A DNA stretch of 63,469 nt, the filler included, from Parasitella parasitica NRRL 2501 (lineage: Eukaryota; Fungi; Mucoromycota): NCBI GenBank assembly GCA_025201805.1. It is 5 parts of 5 records of this genome, joined end to end, with 100 filler letters (N's around TTAATTAATTAA, not from the genome) between each part and the next. Parts side by side here need not be neighbours in the genome. Positions count along the whole stretch, not along the records: positions 1 to 19,291 come from MU619247.1; 4 more parts are not named here. One strand, 5' to 3'. The notes under the pieces were generated by a model that worked only from the letters and a program-made list of their open reading frames with translations, did not search any database and was not told the origin of the DNA. The stretch's first letter is position 1. Every line of letters begins with the position of its first letter. Position numbers and translations under genes: made by a program. Of the stretch, positions 1-15,311 are shown piece after piece.

Positions 1-335
1 AAAAAAAAAAAAAAAAAAAAAAGGGGGGGGGGGGCAAAAAATACAGATTATTAGGAGTTGAGGTTTTTGGGGAATTTGATTTTTCTCGAGGCAAAAAAGC
101 AAATTAGACAAAGAGAAGAATAATAAACAAAACTGAAATTGCCAAAACAAGACAAAATGCAAAAAGTAAAGCAGGGGATAGTATTAGGAACAAGGAAGGA
201 ATTGTTGCGTGGTCAAGTTAATTAGTGATGTTGTGTAAATGAATGAAAGTTGAAGCGAAAAAAGAAAGGTGAAAGCGAATGTAATTGTATAAAGAGTGTG
301 TGTGGTGTGATTTTTGAGGGTGGTGGACGTGATAG

Positions 336-3300
336 TTAATAATTTTCTACAGGAATAGGCTGTAACCTTCTAGAAGCCCTGCGCTCAACCTCAGCCTTCT
401 TCATGTATTTCTAAAATGTAATGTTAATCTCAACACAAAGATCAGATTAAAATAAAATTACCTTAAACTCGAATGTGGGATCAGGTTGAACAAATGGATG
501 ACTTAGTAATTGTTCTGCTGTAGGTCGATCCTCAGGATTACTAAATTTCAAGAATTAATTGATTGATAGCTTGAATACGGTATTAGACTCACATTGTGAA
601 GCATTTGGTCAGGAAATCTCGTGCATCTTCAGGAACATCGTCAGGTATAGGTGGAGCTTGATACTTTCCTAAACTATACAGGGCAGCCAACATATTCAAA
701 TCAAGCCAAGGATGACTTCCTGTCAACATCTCAATTACAGTACAACCCAAACTCCATATATCAACTTTGGCGTTATAGTTGGTTCCTTTCACAACTTCGG
801 GAGCCATCCAAAACACGGTGCCTCTCATGACAGAGTTATTGGAATGGGGGTCGTAAGCTTTGTCTTGCCCACTTAGTTTGGATAGGCCGAAATCGGTGAT
901 TTTACAAATTCCGTTTTGATCCAGTAAAATATTACCCGCTTTGATATCCTAATTGAAATGTTAATTGATGTTAAGCCCTAGAAAGGAGGGAAGAGGGGTG
1001 TGCGTGTGCGTGTGTGTGTGTGTGTGGGGGGGGGGGGGGTAAAACAAACTTACTCGATGTAAAACATTGCGATTATGGAGATAAGCCAGACCCATCAAGA
1101 TTTGCTGAGTGAAAAAACGAACAAGAGGCACCTCAAATTTACCAGTTTTACTGAGGCAGGATGCAATACTTCCACCAGGAACATACTCCAAGAAAATGTT
1201 GATATGGCCTTCATTTTCATCCACATCGTAGCCAAGATATTGCACAATGTATTCGTTGTCGAGATCTTCTAGAAGCGATATTTCGCGGAATAATGCATCT
1301 TTGGTTTCTCTTAATTGCGGATTGGCATAGTCCGCCCTGGTGGTTGGTAAATCTACTTGCTTAACGGCAATCCATTCACCAGCCTCCACATTCAAGGCGT
1401 GGTAGACTCGGCCAAAAGAGCCTTTACCGATGAGTTCACCGCGAATCCATTGTAATTTTTTGGATTCTTTGGATAAAGTATTAGTCCAATCTGCTGAATG
1501 ATGATAAAAAGAAACAACTTACTAGGCTTGCTATCACCGGGTTGAATGTTGGCTTTCATACCAGGCTTCACTTGCTCGACAGCACGATGCCACATTTTAG
1601 TGCTTCGTCTTCGGATCAGGTTGTTGGCACGAATAACATTGACAGCATTACGCCAGTTTCTGTGAGCCTCATGGACGACATTACGAATGGATTTCTTATG
1701 GCCACCTAAACGTCTACCAGGCGGTAAAGCATCCACAATGGTTGCACCAGTTGGCACATGAGTCGATGTGATCGCGTTGGCAGCATTAGAAGGCTCCACA
1801 ATGATCTCTTTATCAAGATCATGACCAGGCAAATACTTGTCGATATCCTTGTACAATCTCTCGATAGATGGGCGTTCAGCCCAGTTCTCGTCATCTTCAG
1901 GCTGAACAGAAGGAGACGACGCAGGTGAGTGATCTCCAAGATGAGTCGCGCTAGTATCGATAGACAATTGTTGTTGGCTATGATAATGGGGCAATGGTGG
2001 GTCAGATATAGACATATTCTCAATTCCATCTTCTAAAACAGGTGCACTAGCTGTGCTAGACGCAGAACGAGGTTCGGGGTCTTCACTGTTCTCGATAGCA
2101 AATTGAGCGTCTTGCGTTTGCATGGACGGCGAATGTGTTTTAGCAGATATACTCGGGTGCAAGTTCAGATTTTCGGAACCGAATCGCTGAATAGGAGCAT
2201 TTGAGTCATTTGCATTGTCTTTTAGAGGCGGTGGTGATGCTTGCTGCTGCTGAGGAGCAATAGCCCAAAGAGAAGGCGAAGGGGTAGGCGCTGATACATT
2301 GGTAGGAGCAACGGCCCAAAGTGATACAGAAGATGTAAGTGTATTGTTGGTGGCAGGTTTACTTATTGCCGGTGCTGCTGCCGATTTCAAGTCGTAGGTA
2401 GAATCGCTCATTGTTCGTTGATTTGAAGGGGGAATTGCCCATAGTGATTGAGACGTTGTGAGGGTCTCTTCATGGTGTTTCTTTGGTGGAACAGCCCAGA
2501 AAGATGGTTGTTGTTGCGACTGCTGTTGCTGTGGCACTGGCAGTTGTGGTGATTGATCTTGGTGTACGGGCCATAATGCAGTAGGATTCACAGAATTGAC
2601 AGCTGTGGTCGCATCTCCTAATGAGGATCCTAAACTCATATCCGAAGTGCTGTGAACAGGCCATAGGTGCGACTTATCATTAGTGGATGAAGTGCTACTT
2701 CTTTGAGATTGAGGGGTGATATAAGGAGTTCTATTATTCACGTCCATATTTGTGGTATTGTTGTTGGTGCTATTGTTGGAAGCCGGATATGGATGGACGG
2801 ACCAAACGCCTGCATCAGCATCAATGGAATGTTTTCGACTAGCAGATTTATCAAAGTATCCACTGTCGTCTCTACTATCCTCCATGCCCTCTTGAGGTGA
2901 AGCAATTGTAAACTGACTGTTTCCATTTATAGGAGAGATCATACCACTATTGTCATAACGAGATCGATTGACATTTAAGTCATAATCACTACTATAATTA
3001 TTGGTTGTAGGTGTAGTGTATTGTTGACCAGCATAACGCCTATTTAGAGCTGCTGTGAATAATTAACTCCGTAATAAGAGAATTCTTTCTTACCTTTGAT
3101 AACCTCCTTGGACAGCAAAATCATAACAATTTGTTCCATCTTTAGAATACGACTTGTAATGCTCTGATGCATGATCTGCAAGTTTGACCAATATTCTGTT
3201 GGTAGAACTATGGTCTGAGATCTGACATATATGTGATAATTCGCTATCTGTTAAGGCAGTTTCTATACACCAAAGAGAGAGAGAGAAAAGTTAGATGTTT

Positions 3301-4452
3301 TCATTATCCCTTGATTTCTAAGTGCTCCTTTTCGAAAAGGCGTTACCAGAATGCTTTCCGTTTTCATGGAAAAATAAATATCTTTCACATTTTCCTTCTA
3401 GTCCTAATTTTCTGAGAATAGAATTCTTGATCAGGCGAGGATCATGCATTCCTGTTACATGTAGACTATGAAAAGTATCAGAGTCCTTTGTAACGTGAAT
3501 ACTTTGCTGAGGTAGTTGTTGAGGAGGTGGTGGAGGAGGAGTGATTTGCACAGGGTGTTCCTATATATCAAAATATTGAGCTCAATTATAATATTTTTAG
3601 TGTTGCACCCTCTCTTTGTTACCATATACGATCCGCCGTTTGATATGCCTGGCCTTCTTCGAACAAATTTCCATGTTCCATCACTTTCAGGCACCCTTGG
3701 ACTGCTTGGGCTGATTGGATAACGGCTTGGACTAGCTGTTATAGGTGGTCGATTATTCGTACGTATGTTTGTTGTAGTAGCAATTGGGCGTTTAGGTATA
3801 TTAAATGATTTCATCCAATCTAGTACTTGTTCATTATTCGAGGATTTCCTCTCTGGAATTAATGGGATGACTGAGTCAGATGTTGTTAATACGTTATTCT
3901 GTGTGTGTCTCGAGCCATTATTAAATCGACTGTTTGTTGATGAGCGAGGCAGGTTATTCATGTTATTACTATTGATTTGATAATGATCTTCGGTCTAAAA
4001 TAAAAATAAGGTAACTATGATTGAAGCTTGGGCGATTATTCACTGATCTTACTGCTCGAAGGGCTTTGATAGCGTGTGCAAGTTTACGTTTTTCTGTATA
4101 AGAAAGCACTAATTCGTTTTGAAAAGCCATTAAATAAGACATATCAATGTCTAAAAAAACTCTTCCACAAATATGTTCAGCTAAAAGGGAAAAAAAAGAA
4201 AAGGGAAAGAAAAAGGGAAGAAAAAGGTTAATATACAAGGAAAAAAGGAGAAAACATCTCAAACATATGGGTGAATAGGAGGAGCAAACAAGTACCTTTA
4301 AATACGTCAATAGCAGGCTTGAAGTCATTCACACCAAGCCAGCGAATGACTCTATCCATTGTCCAATATTCAGCATAGTCTTGGGGTTGTTGTATCTTGT
4401 CGAGAAAAGGGACAAATTGCTTATTATCTGCCACTTCACCTTCAAATGCCAT
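336..4452 (-). CDS. BCK1: MAP kinase kinase kinase, Bck1/Mkh1-like (multi-exon; N-terminal SAM-like region, C-terminal kinase)
   Basis: Kinase motifs IAVKQV, IFLEYVPGGS, HR|DIK, DFG and MRGTVFWMAPEV are spread over exons. The segment WAERPSIERLYKDIDKYLPGHDLDKEI is typical of Bck1/Mkh1. ATG at 4452 (MAFEGEV); the last exon reads KYMKKAEVERRASRRLQPIPVENY-TAA, ending at 336. Confidence 0.88.
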
Positions 4453-6052
4453 TTTGGCAGTTCTGATAAATTGTTGGAGGGTAAGAATGAGAGGAAGAGA
4501 GAAAAGTGTTGCAAAGTTTGCGTGTGATAGGATACTGGAGGAAAAATTCATTCCTTCGTATATGGTTGATTGGCCCTATCTCACTGTACGTCATCTCACA
4601 AGCATCTTCTGCGATAAAATTCATCTTCAAATGAAGGTCTTTAATCTGTATCGAAACCTCTTCCCAGAATATGTTTTAATATTGCTACGGAGCAGAGAAA
4701 ACTCAGTAATAAACTTTCCATGCTGTTCAATTTAGCCATACTTGTTAATAGTCTTTTTATTGCACTGTGGTGTAGAAACAATCCTTGAACATTATTTCTG
4801 GTTTTCGGAAAATTGAATACCCGGCCAAGATCTGCAATCTAATGCACAGTTGTTACGTTTATTAAACCATTGATTATACACGTATACAATGCTTTGAAAA
4901 CTGCTAATCTTTTTTAATGTAATATCAATCACTAAGGAGCCTTTCAAAGTGAGCTTTTCGCACCTTTTATTGTTTTTGCTTAATGCACCCTTAACAGGAG
5001 ACACTGAAGTTTATCTGAGGCCCAAAAATGCCTTTGGCGTGGAGTACGCTCCTTTATATATTTAAAAAAAAAAAAAAAAAAAAGACTCTCATTTGAATGA
5101 CTGATGGCAAATGTGCATATCCTTTCATGCCTATAAGCGTTAGACACAGGTTTTGTTATAATTTTATTTGATATTAGTAAAATCAGAAAAGTTACATTGA
5201 ATATCCACATCAAAACGCTAATTTTAAAACCATAACCGCATAAATTATTAGAACGTGAATTTTTGCTAGCAAATTGATCTATCGAATTTGCCCCCCTTTT
5301 TTTTATTCAAATTTGAGGCTTCACGTCAATCTCTTCTTCAAAAAAGATATAAATGTGTGCATTTCACGTTTGCTTGTCAAACAATATTATAAAATAGAAA
5401 GAATCATTGATGCGCAAAATATCCTGGTCCCAAAATCAGTATTGTCGGATGTTTTTCCGAATTAAACACCTGTTGATGTGCAACCAGTTTAGATAAAAAA
5501 CATAGTGTACTAGGGATCAGGGACGGCACTCGTGTAATTTTCAGACACTGGATGCTTCAACATTGTGAATTTGCGTGTGATGGTAACCTTCTATGATGGC
5601 ATTCATACAGTAGATAGCTCCTCTTTCTGAAATGAAGGAGTTGGATGTGATATCCTTTGCATCGAATATGCAGAATTCGACTCTGGGAGAGCTGAGACGT
5701 ACATTCAAATGGTGCTTGAATCATTTCCTAAATCTCGCAGAAGCCACAAAGGACTATACTGTGTTAAAATACATGGGATGTTATTTATTTTAAAGATCTA
5801 GCTTGATTGCGTTTGGAAATCACCGTGCTTTTCAAGTCGGGCGGTGCAACCGGGTCATGTCAACACCAAGCAATAAGAATCGGTATGCGGCATCTGTTGG
5901 CTTCTTTATAGAGATGTGACTAGAAGACACCTATTCAGGATGTCGCGACAACAAAACAAGGTCAAAAAAATTTTGATTTTAGTTTTTCGGTAAACCGCGT
6001 TGGGAGTGAATCCTTCCATCTTTTTTTACCAACCAGAAAGAAACAACAGGTC

Positions 6053-8628
<2,576 letters not shown>

Positions 8629-9386
8629 TTATCTACTTTTACTACACTCCTTTGTAATCTTCCCCCCCCCATCCTCCCCCTTTTTTTTTTTTACTACTAC
8701 TATTGAAACTATAAAAATTGCATGAATAATATAAACACATTATTATTGCATATGTATCGTGAAATCGGGAACGATATAGTTTTAAAAATTGTATCTATAT
8801 CAAATCTATATGTACAAAGAGCTTTTTTTTTTTTTACTGGATGGAATTCATTGCCAATTGATTATACTTGAATCTAACATCCATCGATTCCCTGCAGATC
8901 AGAGGCCTTGCATCATTTCTTTATTTAGTCTAGCCCAACAAGCAACATTAATTAACTTATTGACACTTATCCTTCATCATAAAGAACAGCCCACCATTTT
9001 TTTTTCTTTCGTAAAAAGCAGTTTAAGCGTACAAATATCACGTCTTTTTCAGCGTTTGATTAAAATGTAACTGTAATATTAGACAGCTGGTATTTATTCA
9101 GGGATGATTTGCGCGATTTCTTATAATTAGGAAGCCTGTGATAAGCTCTGACTTGCAAGAAAAAAAAAACCACATTTTGTTATCAACTATACAAAGGACC
9201 TCAAAATAGCAGCTTTCGTAAATATGATAATTAATCGGTCTACTTCTCTTGAAATTTATTTAGAGTATAAAACTGTCTGCTTATTGCACGCAGAGTGTGC
9301 AAGTTTATTTCCGGAAATAGCAATATCACCCAAGAAGGAGGCAAACCTTCTTTTTTTTTGCTTTTCTTTTCGGTTTTACAACAAAA

Positions 9387-12352
9387 ATGGCTGTAACAGC
9401 ACATAAAAAAGCGCATAAAACAAAATCAATAGCCTCAATTCCTCAAAAAGAACAGGTAAAACTTTCTCGTAAATACAACCATGTCGTCGCTTAAACGTAT
9501 AATAGATTGTGTTTACGGGTCAAGATAAAAACATACATGATTTAATAATAGCACCTTCAAACGAAATTGATGCAATAGCGTCCAATCTGATTCTAAGAGA
9601 CACAAGTTATATCGTTGAATATTTAAAGCAAAGGTATGAATAGATGTTACTGCACTTGACGCAAACCACCTAAACGTTCTCCTTGATTTTTCTTGATATA
9701 CAGGATCATTTTAGAACAAAAATACCTCGATGATCTGTCTACTATGACAACAAACATCCAAAAATGCTGCATTCCAAGCGAAAAAAATCTCATCCAAACG
9801 AGCTTTATGGATTATGTTGGCTTAGCAGATCAGCACAAACCCCTCAAAGAAAACTACATTGAACAGCTCAAGCAGCAATGCGAAAGCCTAGTGCAATTTC
9901 GGGTGAGTTGAAAGAATTATGGCACATTTATCCAAATCAATAACTTGTACGCACTTCAACAGAATGATCAGCAAAGATCGGTTGATAAAAACAAGGCTTG
10001 GATGAATAATGTTAACGGTGATTATTTAGTAACAAGATTGAAAAAACTACCAACTGTATGTAAATGTTATACAAGAGTAAACCACTACGTTCATCTCAAA
10101 CTAACTATGTGATACATTAATTACAAGGTACAAAATATTTACGTTCAGAAATGGGACGAAATTGAACGATCTACTGGTGGTACAACTGTAGCTTCCCCTA
10201 TGCTGATGACACCAACGACACCTTCTCTGTCTATGGGCTCCAATTTGTCATCGCTCAGCAGTGATGATTCGCTTGATCAAAGAGCTATGAGCATGGATGA
10301 CGACCGTACCAAAAAGTTTGCAGATATCACCAATACAACTCAGAGCAGCCGTATCGAAAGATTCATGAAACGGCATTTGAATAAACCTGAAGACGCTACG
10401 ACTAAAAACATAAAGCTCGCAAATCTTAAAGTGGAAGTAGGCGAAGCCGGTAAGACAATAACCCGCAAAAAGCATGGGAAGAAAATCCGCTAAAATGATA
10501 CCTATGATAGATACTAATTATCGTGATGTTGTACGCGAATTGAGCACAATGGCCATCAAGATTGATGCTACTAACCTCCATATTTTGAACAATGTGCAAG
10601 CTTCCCTGAAAGAAAAAGCTGACAGAGTAAAGGAAATGCTGCAATCTGCATTGAAGGCTGATTTATATCTACATGAACAAAGTCAATATCCCGTCAACGC
10701 TTTGCTAGCTGATGTAAATTGTATCAATAATGAATTTGAATCAGAAAAGTTCAATGCTACATCTACTGCTGTTGTGAGAAAATACCCAAAGCCTGAACCG
10801 GTCTATTATCAAAATCATCATGTTGGTATTTGTAAAGGTATATAACGTTGATTGTGGTATTCGTCTGGCTATTAAACCACTACGTTAGACATGATATTTG
10901 GGACGTCTCTAACTGAATATGCGCAACAAAGAAATAGATCGCCACCATTACTAATCATCAGATGCATTGAGGCCATTGAAAGATTGGGTGGTTTAGAGAA
11001 GGAAGGGATATATCGTGTTTCTGGAAAACAAAGCAACATAGAGAAGATGAAGCATGCTTTCGAATTAGATGAAGAGGCTGTCGTTATTGGGCAAAATGAT
11101 GTTCCTGAAGATGTTTTCAGCATTGCATCTGTCATTAAAGTGTTTCTCAGAGAACTAAAAACGCCATTGTTTCCTTTTAAACTAACAGATCGGTTACTTT
11201 ATTCTCGTAAGTATATATTATGACTTCACATCTTGATCCTACTTTTATGCTCAATCTGAAATAGAAATTCCTGATCAAGAGCTGCGTTTAATGAACTTGC
11301 TAACGAGATTGTTGAAGTTACCGCCTGCAAACTACGATACATTAAAGGCGCTTATTCACCATTTGTCCAGGTAACATCTTTGCACTTAAATCTGCATTGA
11401 CATATTACTAATCTTGATCTGTACTAGAATCTACACCTTTGTAGAGAAAAACAAGATGAGCACAAACAATCTAACTCTAATATTTACACCTGCTATTTTC
11501 CAAGATTTGAACCATGCCCAAAATTCGCCTGGCGAATGGGCAAAAGATTGTGTTTTGGAGGATTTAATCTTAAATTGTCAAGATATTTTTGCCAACAAAG
11601 ACCTTCACAACAATTCAGCCATTACAGGTGACATCGAATATGGCTTCCATCACGATCGTCTCCGTGAGCAAAATCGATATGCAATGACCATCCAATCGCC
11701 AGACAGTCCAACTGGAGCTAGCCATGAGGAAACTAAAAGCGAGTACTCATTTGTTATTCAAGATGAGGAACACGACGAGGAAGATGAGCTTGTGAAAAAA
11801 TCTATAATTAGTAGTAGCGATGAAAGTAGTCTACTATTGCAACACTTTAATGAATCAGAGAATATAGCTACTCTCTATACTGCTTCAATGCTACCACTAC
11901 CTGTTACAAATCAAGACGAAACGCCATCTCGATCTGCAAGTGTGGAAAGGAAAAAATACCAGGCACATTTTCAAGGGAAGGGACTCAAGGTGAACACTGG
12001 GACCTTGTCTTCTTCGAGCTCATCTCAATCACTGAACAATATAGAACATCATATCCCAACTGTCAAAAGCGCCACCGTTCCTTCTTACGACTGGTTGAAA
12101 TTGGACCCTGAGAATGCACCTGAAATACCCAAACTTCGTCGGTCCGCAACTACAGGGAAAAAAGTGTTGTCAAGACGTAAAAATTCATCGAACCAACTTC
12201 GTGCTGATGCAGCAGCAGCAGCAGAAGAAGAAGCAGCAGTAACAGCAGGAGCAGCAGAAGCAGCAGAAATTCCCGATGTCCCACTTTTAAATCATCGCAA
12301 CAAATTTGGAAGTAACGTCCATATCACTTCTTCCACTGCCACAATACCATAG
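9387..12352 (+). CDS. Rho GTPase-activating protein with N-terminal helical (F-BAR-like) region, Rgd1-like
   Basis: RhoGAP motifs IFGTSL...PLLIIRCIEAIE...EGIYRVSG, KVFLRELKTPL and NKMSTNNLTLIFTP. Multiple short GT-AG introns; the start at 9387 is inferred. Confidence 0.85.
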
Positions 12353-12874
12353 TTATACTTATTAACAGCTTGTGTATATAACACCAAGAATGCTACACAA
12401 GACCATTGCAATTTATTGTCCATATTTAACTCTTATAATTTACTAATCTTCATCTACCACCTTTATGAAATATATACATATAATAAATAAAAGAATATTT
12501 TTTATTGCACAATTAAGAAAGTTCGATGTGCAGTTCTCACATCAAAGACAAGCTTTATATCAGTTTAATACGGGCATGACGCACTGCAACCTTTTATAAT
12601 CAAGTTCTGCATAGTATCCATATGCATGTATTTTGATGAAAATACCTCTTCTTTACAAATCACAAAATCTAGGGTGGCTCAAAAAAGCATAAGTAAATAA
12701 TGATGAACTATATTTGATTACGTTGGATGGATACTATCATAGACCATTAACAAACGAAACTGTACGGAGAAATAAGCTCAGCAAATATAACGGGCTGCAT
12801 CTGGTTTGGATCCGAGTGAGTTATGTATGTGTTTATAATGTATACAATTTTATTCTTTTAAAAGTTCATATTAA

Positions 12875-14100
12875 TTATGCATTTTCTTCAAGAGTTTCAA
12901 GAAGCTCCCAATCACCCTTTGAAGACTCCTTCCATAAAGTCACTTTATTATCACCACAAGAAACTGCCAAAACATTACCAGATAATGACCAACTGACACG
13001 CCAAACAACATCAGGAAACTTGTCACCTAATGTCTTATGGATCCATTCTGATTTGGGGTTTTCCTGTGTCCAGATCAAAACAGACTTATCTTGAGAACAA
13101 CTAGCCAGGTAGCTCTTTGGGAGTCCAACATTGGGAGCCCATGCAACATCGCGAACCCAATCAGAGTGACCATCCAACGTTTCCTCTTCTTGCCAAGTTT
13201 TGTTATCATCCTTATATCCCCAAATCTTGATCAAATTATCGCAACCTGCAGAAACTATTTTCTTGACAACGTTCACATTGGGGTTGCCGCCATTTGTTTG
13301 GACTAAACTACCGGGAATAGCGGCAGGTGCCCACGTAACTGCATTACAACCAATTCCGTGTGCATCAATCAACTGTGTTTCCCAACTTCCATCGTCTAAA
13401 ATAAAAAATAAAAATAAAAAAAGGCGAATCAATTTCTGAATTATTTTGTTGATTTGCAGTCGTTTGTGTACCTTTGTATTCGAGAATAGAGATTTTACCG
13501 TCAGAAGAAGCACAAGCCAGTATAGCGCCAAGCTCATGAGGAGCCCAGGCAACAGAATTGACTATGATAAACAAATAAACATCGCTTGTCTATTCAATGA
13601 AGATTGTGATAAATTACCTGAGGCTGTATGCTTGTTATTTTCATGAATCTTTGTCCAAGTTCCGTTTTGTTCTTTGAAGATAAGCACACGACCATCATAG
13701 GCACAAGAAGCTAAAATAGTACCAAACTTGGGATGAGCCCATGCAACTTGCCATACTGGAGCTGTATTACTATCGCAATATTTAGCTTTCGGTTACATTT
13801 GAATCTCGATTTTTCTCTTACTCTGTAATGGTATGACTAAGGGTTTGATTATCACCATCAACGTTAAAGATTTTGATAGTATGATCAGAGGAAGCTGTTG
13901 CTAAGCGACGAGAATAGTAATCGAGTTGAGCATCATGCTATTTAGATGGAATGTTTAGGATAGGAGAACGCGTTACAGCGATAGTTCACTTACAATCATA
14001 TCTTCATGATTAGTTTCAATAGTTTGAGTAGCTGTTTGTGCCTGAATGTATTTTGTCGGTTAGAAGCAAATTTTCGACAAGATGGATCCACATTTACCAT
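12875..14100 (-). CDS. SEC13: COPII/nucleoporin WD40 protein Sec13
   Basis: HEDMI|[43 protein letters not shown] and [19 protein letters not shown] at 14100 is followed directly by a GT intron. Confidence 0.95.
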
Positions 14101-14485
14101 CCTGCTTATGTTACAGCTGAAAAAGGGCTTTACCTGTGAAAGAGCAGTTGCAAGCAAGAAGATGTTGCTGGTTGAACAAATGAAAACATGAAATGCGTTT
14201 GAAACGCAGCTCTGACGTGGAGACCTTTGGTATGATATACCAGGAAATGCACACTTCGAGTAAGCTAACAAATAGTCCAATTGATACTTGCATTCAATAA
14301 AGTTTGCCCAAATATTGCACCTGGTATACAACTAGCATAGTTTTCGTTGATACCCCAAGGTGACCAGCTGGCAATTTGTTGAAAGCATAGGAGAAGCAAT
14401 AACGGGGAGTACGGAGTGCTAATCATATCCATTCATTTCCTCAGAATGTTGGTTCTCTCTTTTTTAACACCTAATTATTTGCATT

Positions 14486-15237
14486 ATGGGAGCGAATAAT
14501 CTCAACTTATTGAGTCCTCCTGAACAGTTTGGAATCGTTGGGCCAGGCATATACCGATCAGACATGCTACAGCAGCCTCACTTTTCTTTTTTAAAGCAAT
14601 TTGGATTTAAAACACTTGTGATGCTCAGTCCTGAGCTGCCAAACAGGGTAACCACCAATTTTATCGAAGAAGGAGATATTAAACTTGTACATGTGGGAAT
14701 GGCAACATGGAAGCCAACGGAGCCAACTACATGGAGACCTGTATCTGAAGAACTAATCAAAGAAGGATTGGAATTGATTTTAGATGTTGAGACACATCCC
14801 ATATTGATAATGTGCACGTACGTATTGATTTTTGGATGGGTCAGTTGAGTTTTCTTGAACAGAGTCAAATACAATAGCTCAGGCATTCACGAAACTGGCA
14901 CACTGGTAGGATGCTTAAGAAAGCTTGAAGGCTGGAATTTTAGCTCCATAGTTACAGAGGCATGGATTAGTATCATGTTAATCACCGTTGGTAGCAATAA
15001 CATTAACCTCACGAATAGTATCGATCTTATGCAGGCACTAAAGCACGCTATGTCAACGAACAATTTATAGAATTATTTGATTTGGATCTTGTTACATTAC
15101 CTTTGCATCTCCCAGCGTGGTTTATAGATCAGCAAAAGATGCTGGTAAGTTGACCATGGTGTTCCACATGCTTTCTTTATTGATGTATTTATTAGGCCGA
15201 AGAGGAAGCTAAAGAGGGTTCAAGGTTACGATCATAA
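14486..15237 (+). CDS. OCA/Siw14-family (PFA-DSP) tyrosine phosphatase-like protein, probably catalytically inactive
   Basis: PPEQFGIVGPGIYRS, LIMCT|SGIHETGTLVGCLRK and NFSSIVTE|YRSYAG...EQFIELFD; three introns. Confidence 0.85.
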
Positions 15238-15311
15238 TAAAAATAATTGTATAATGTGTATATCAACATCATCATGGTAAATAGTAATAAATTAAAGGGG
15301 GGGTATCAAGC

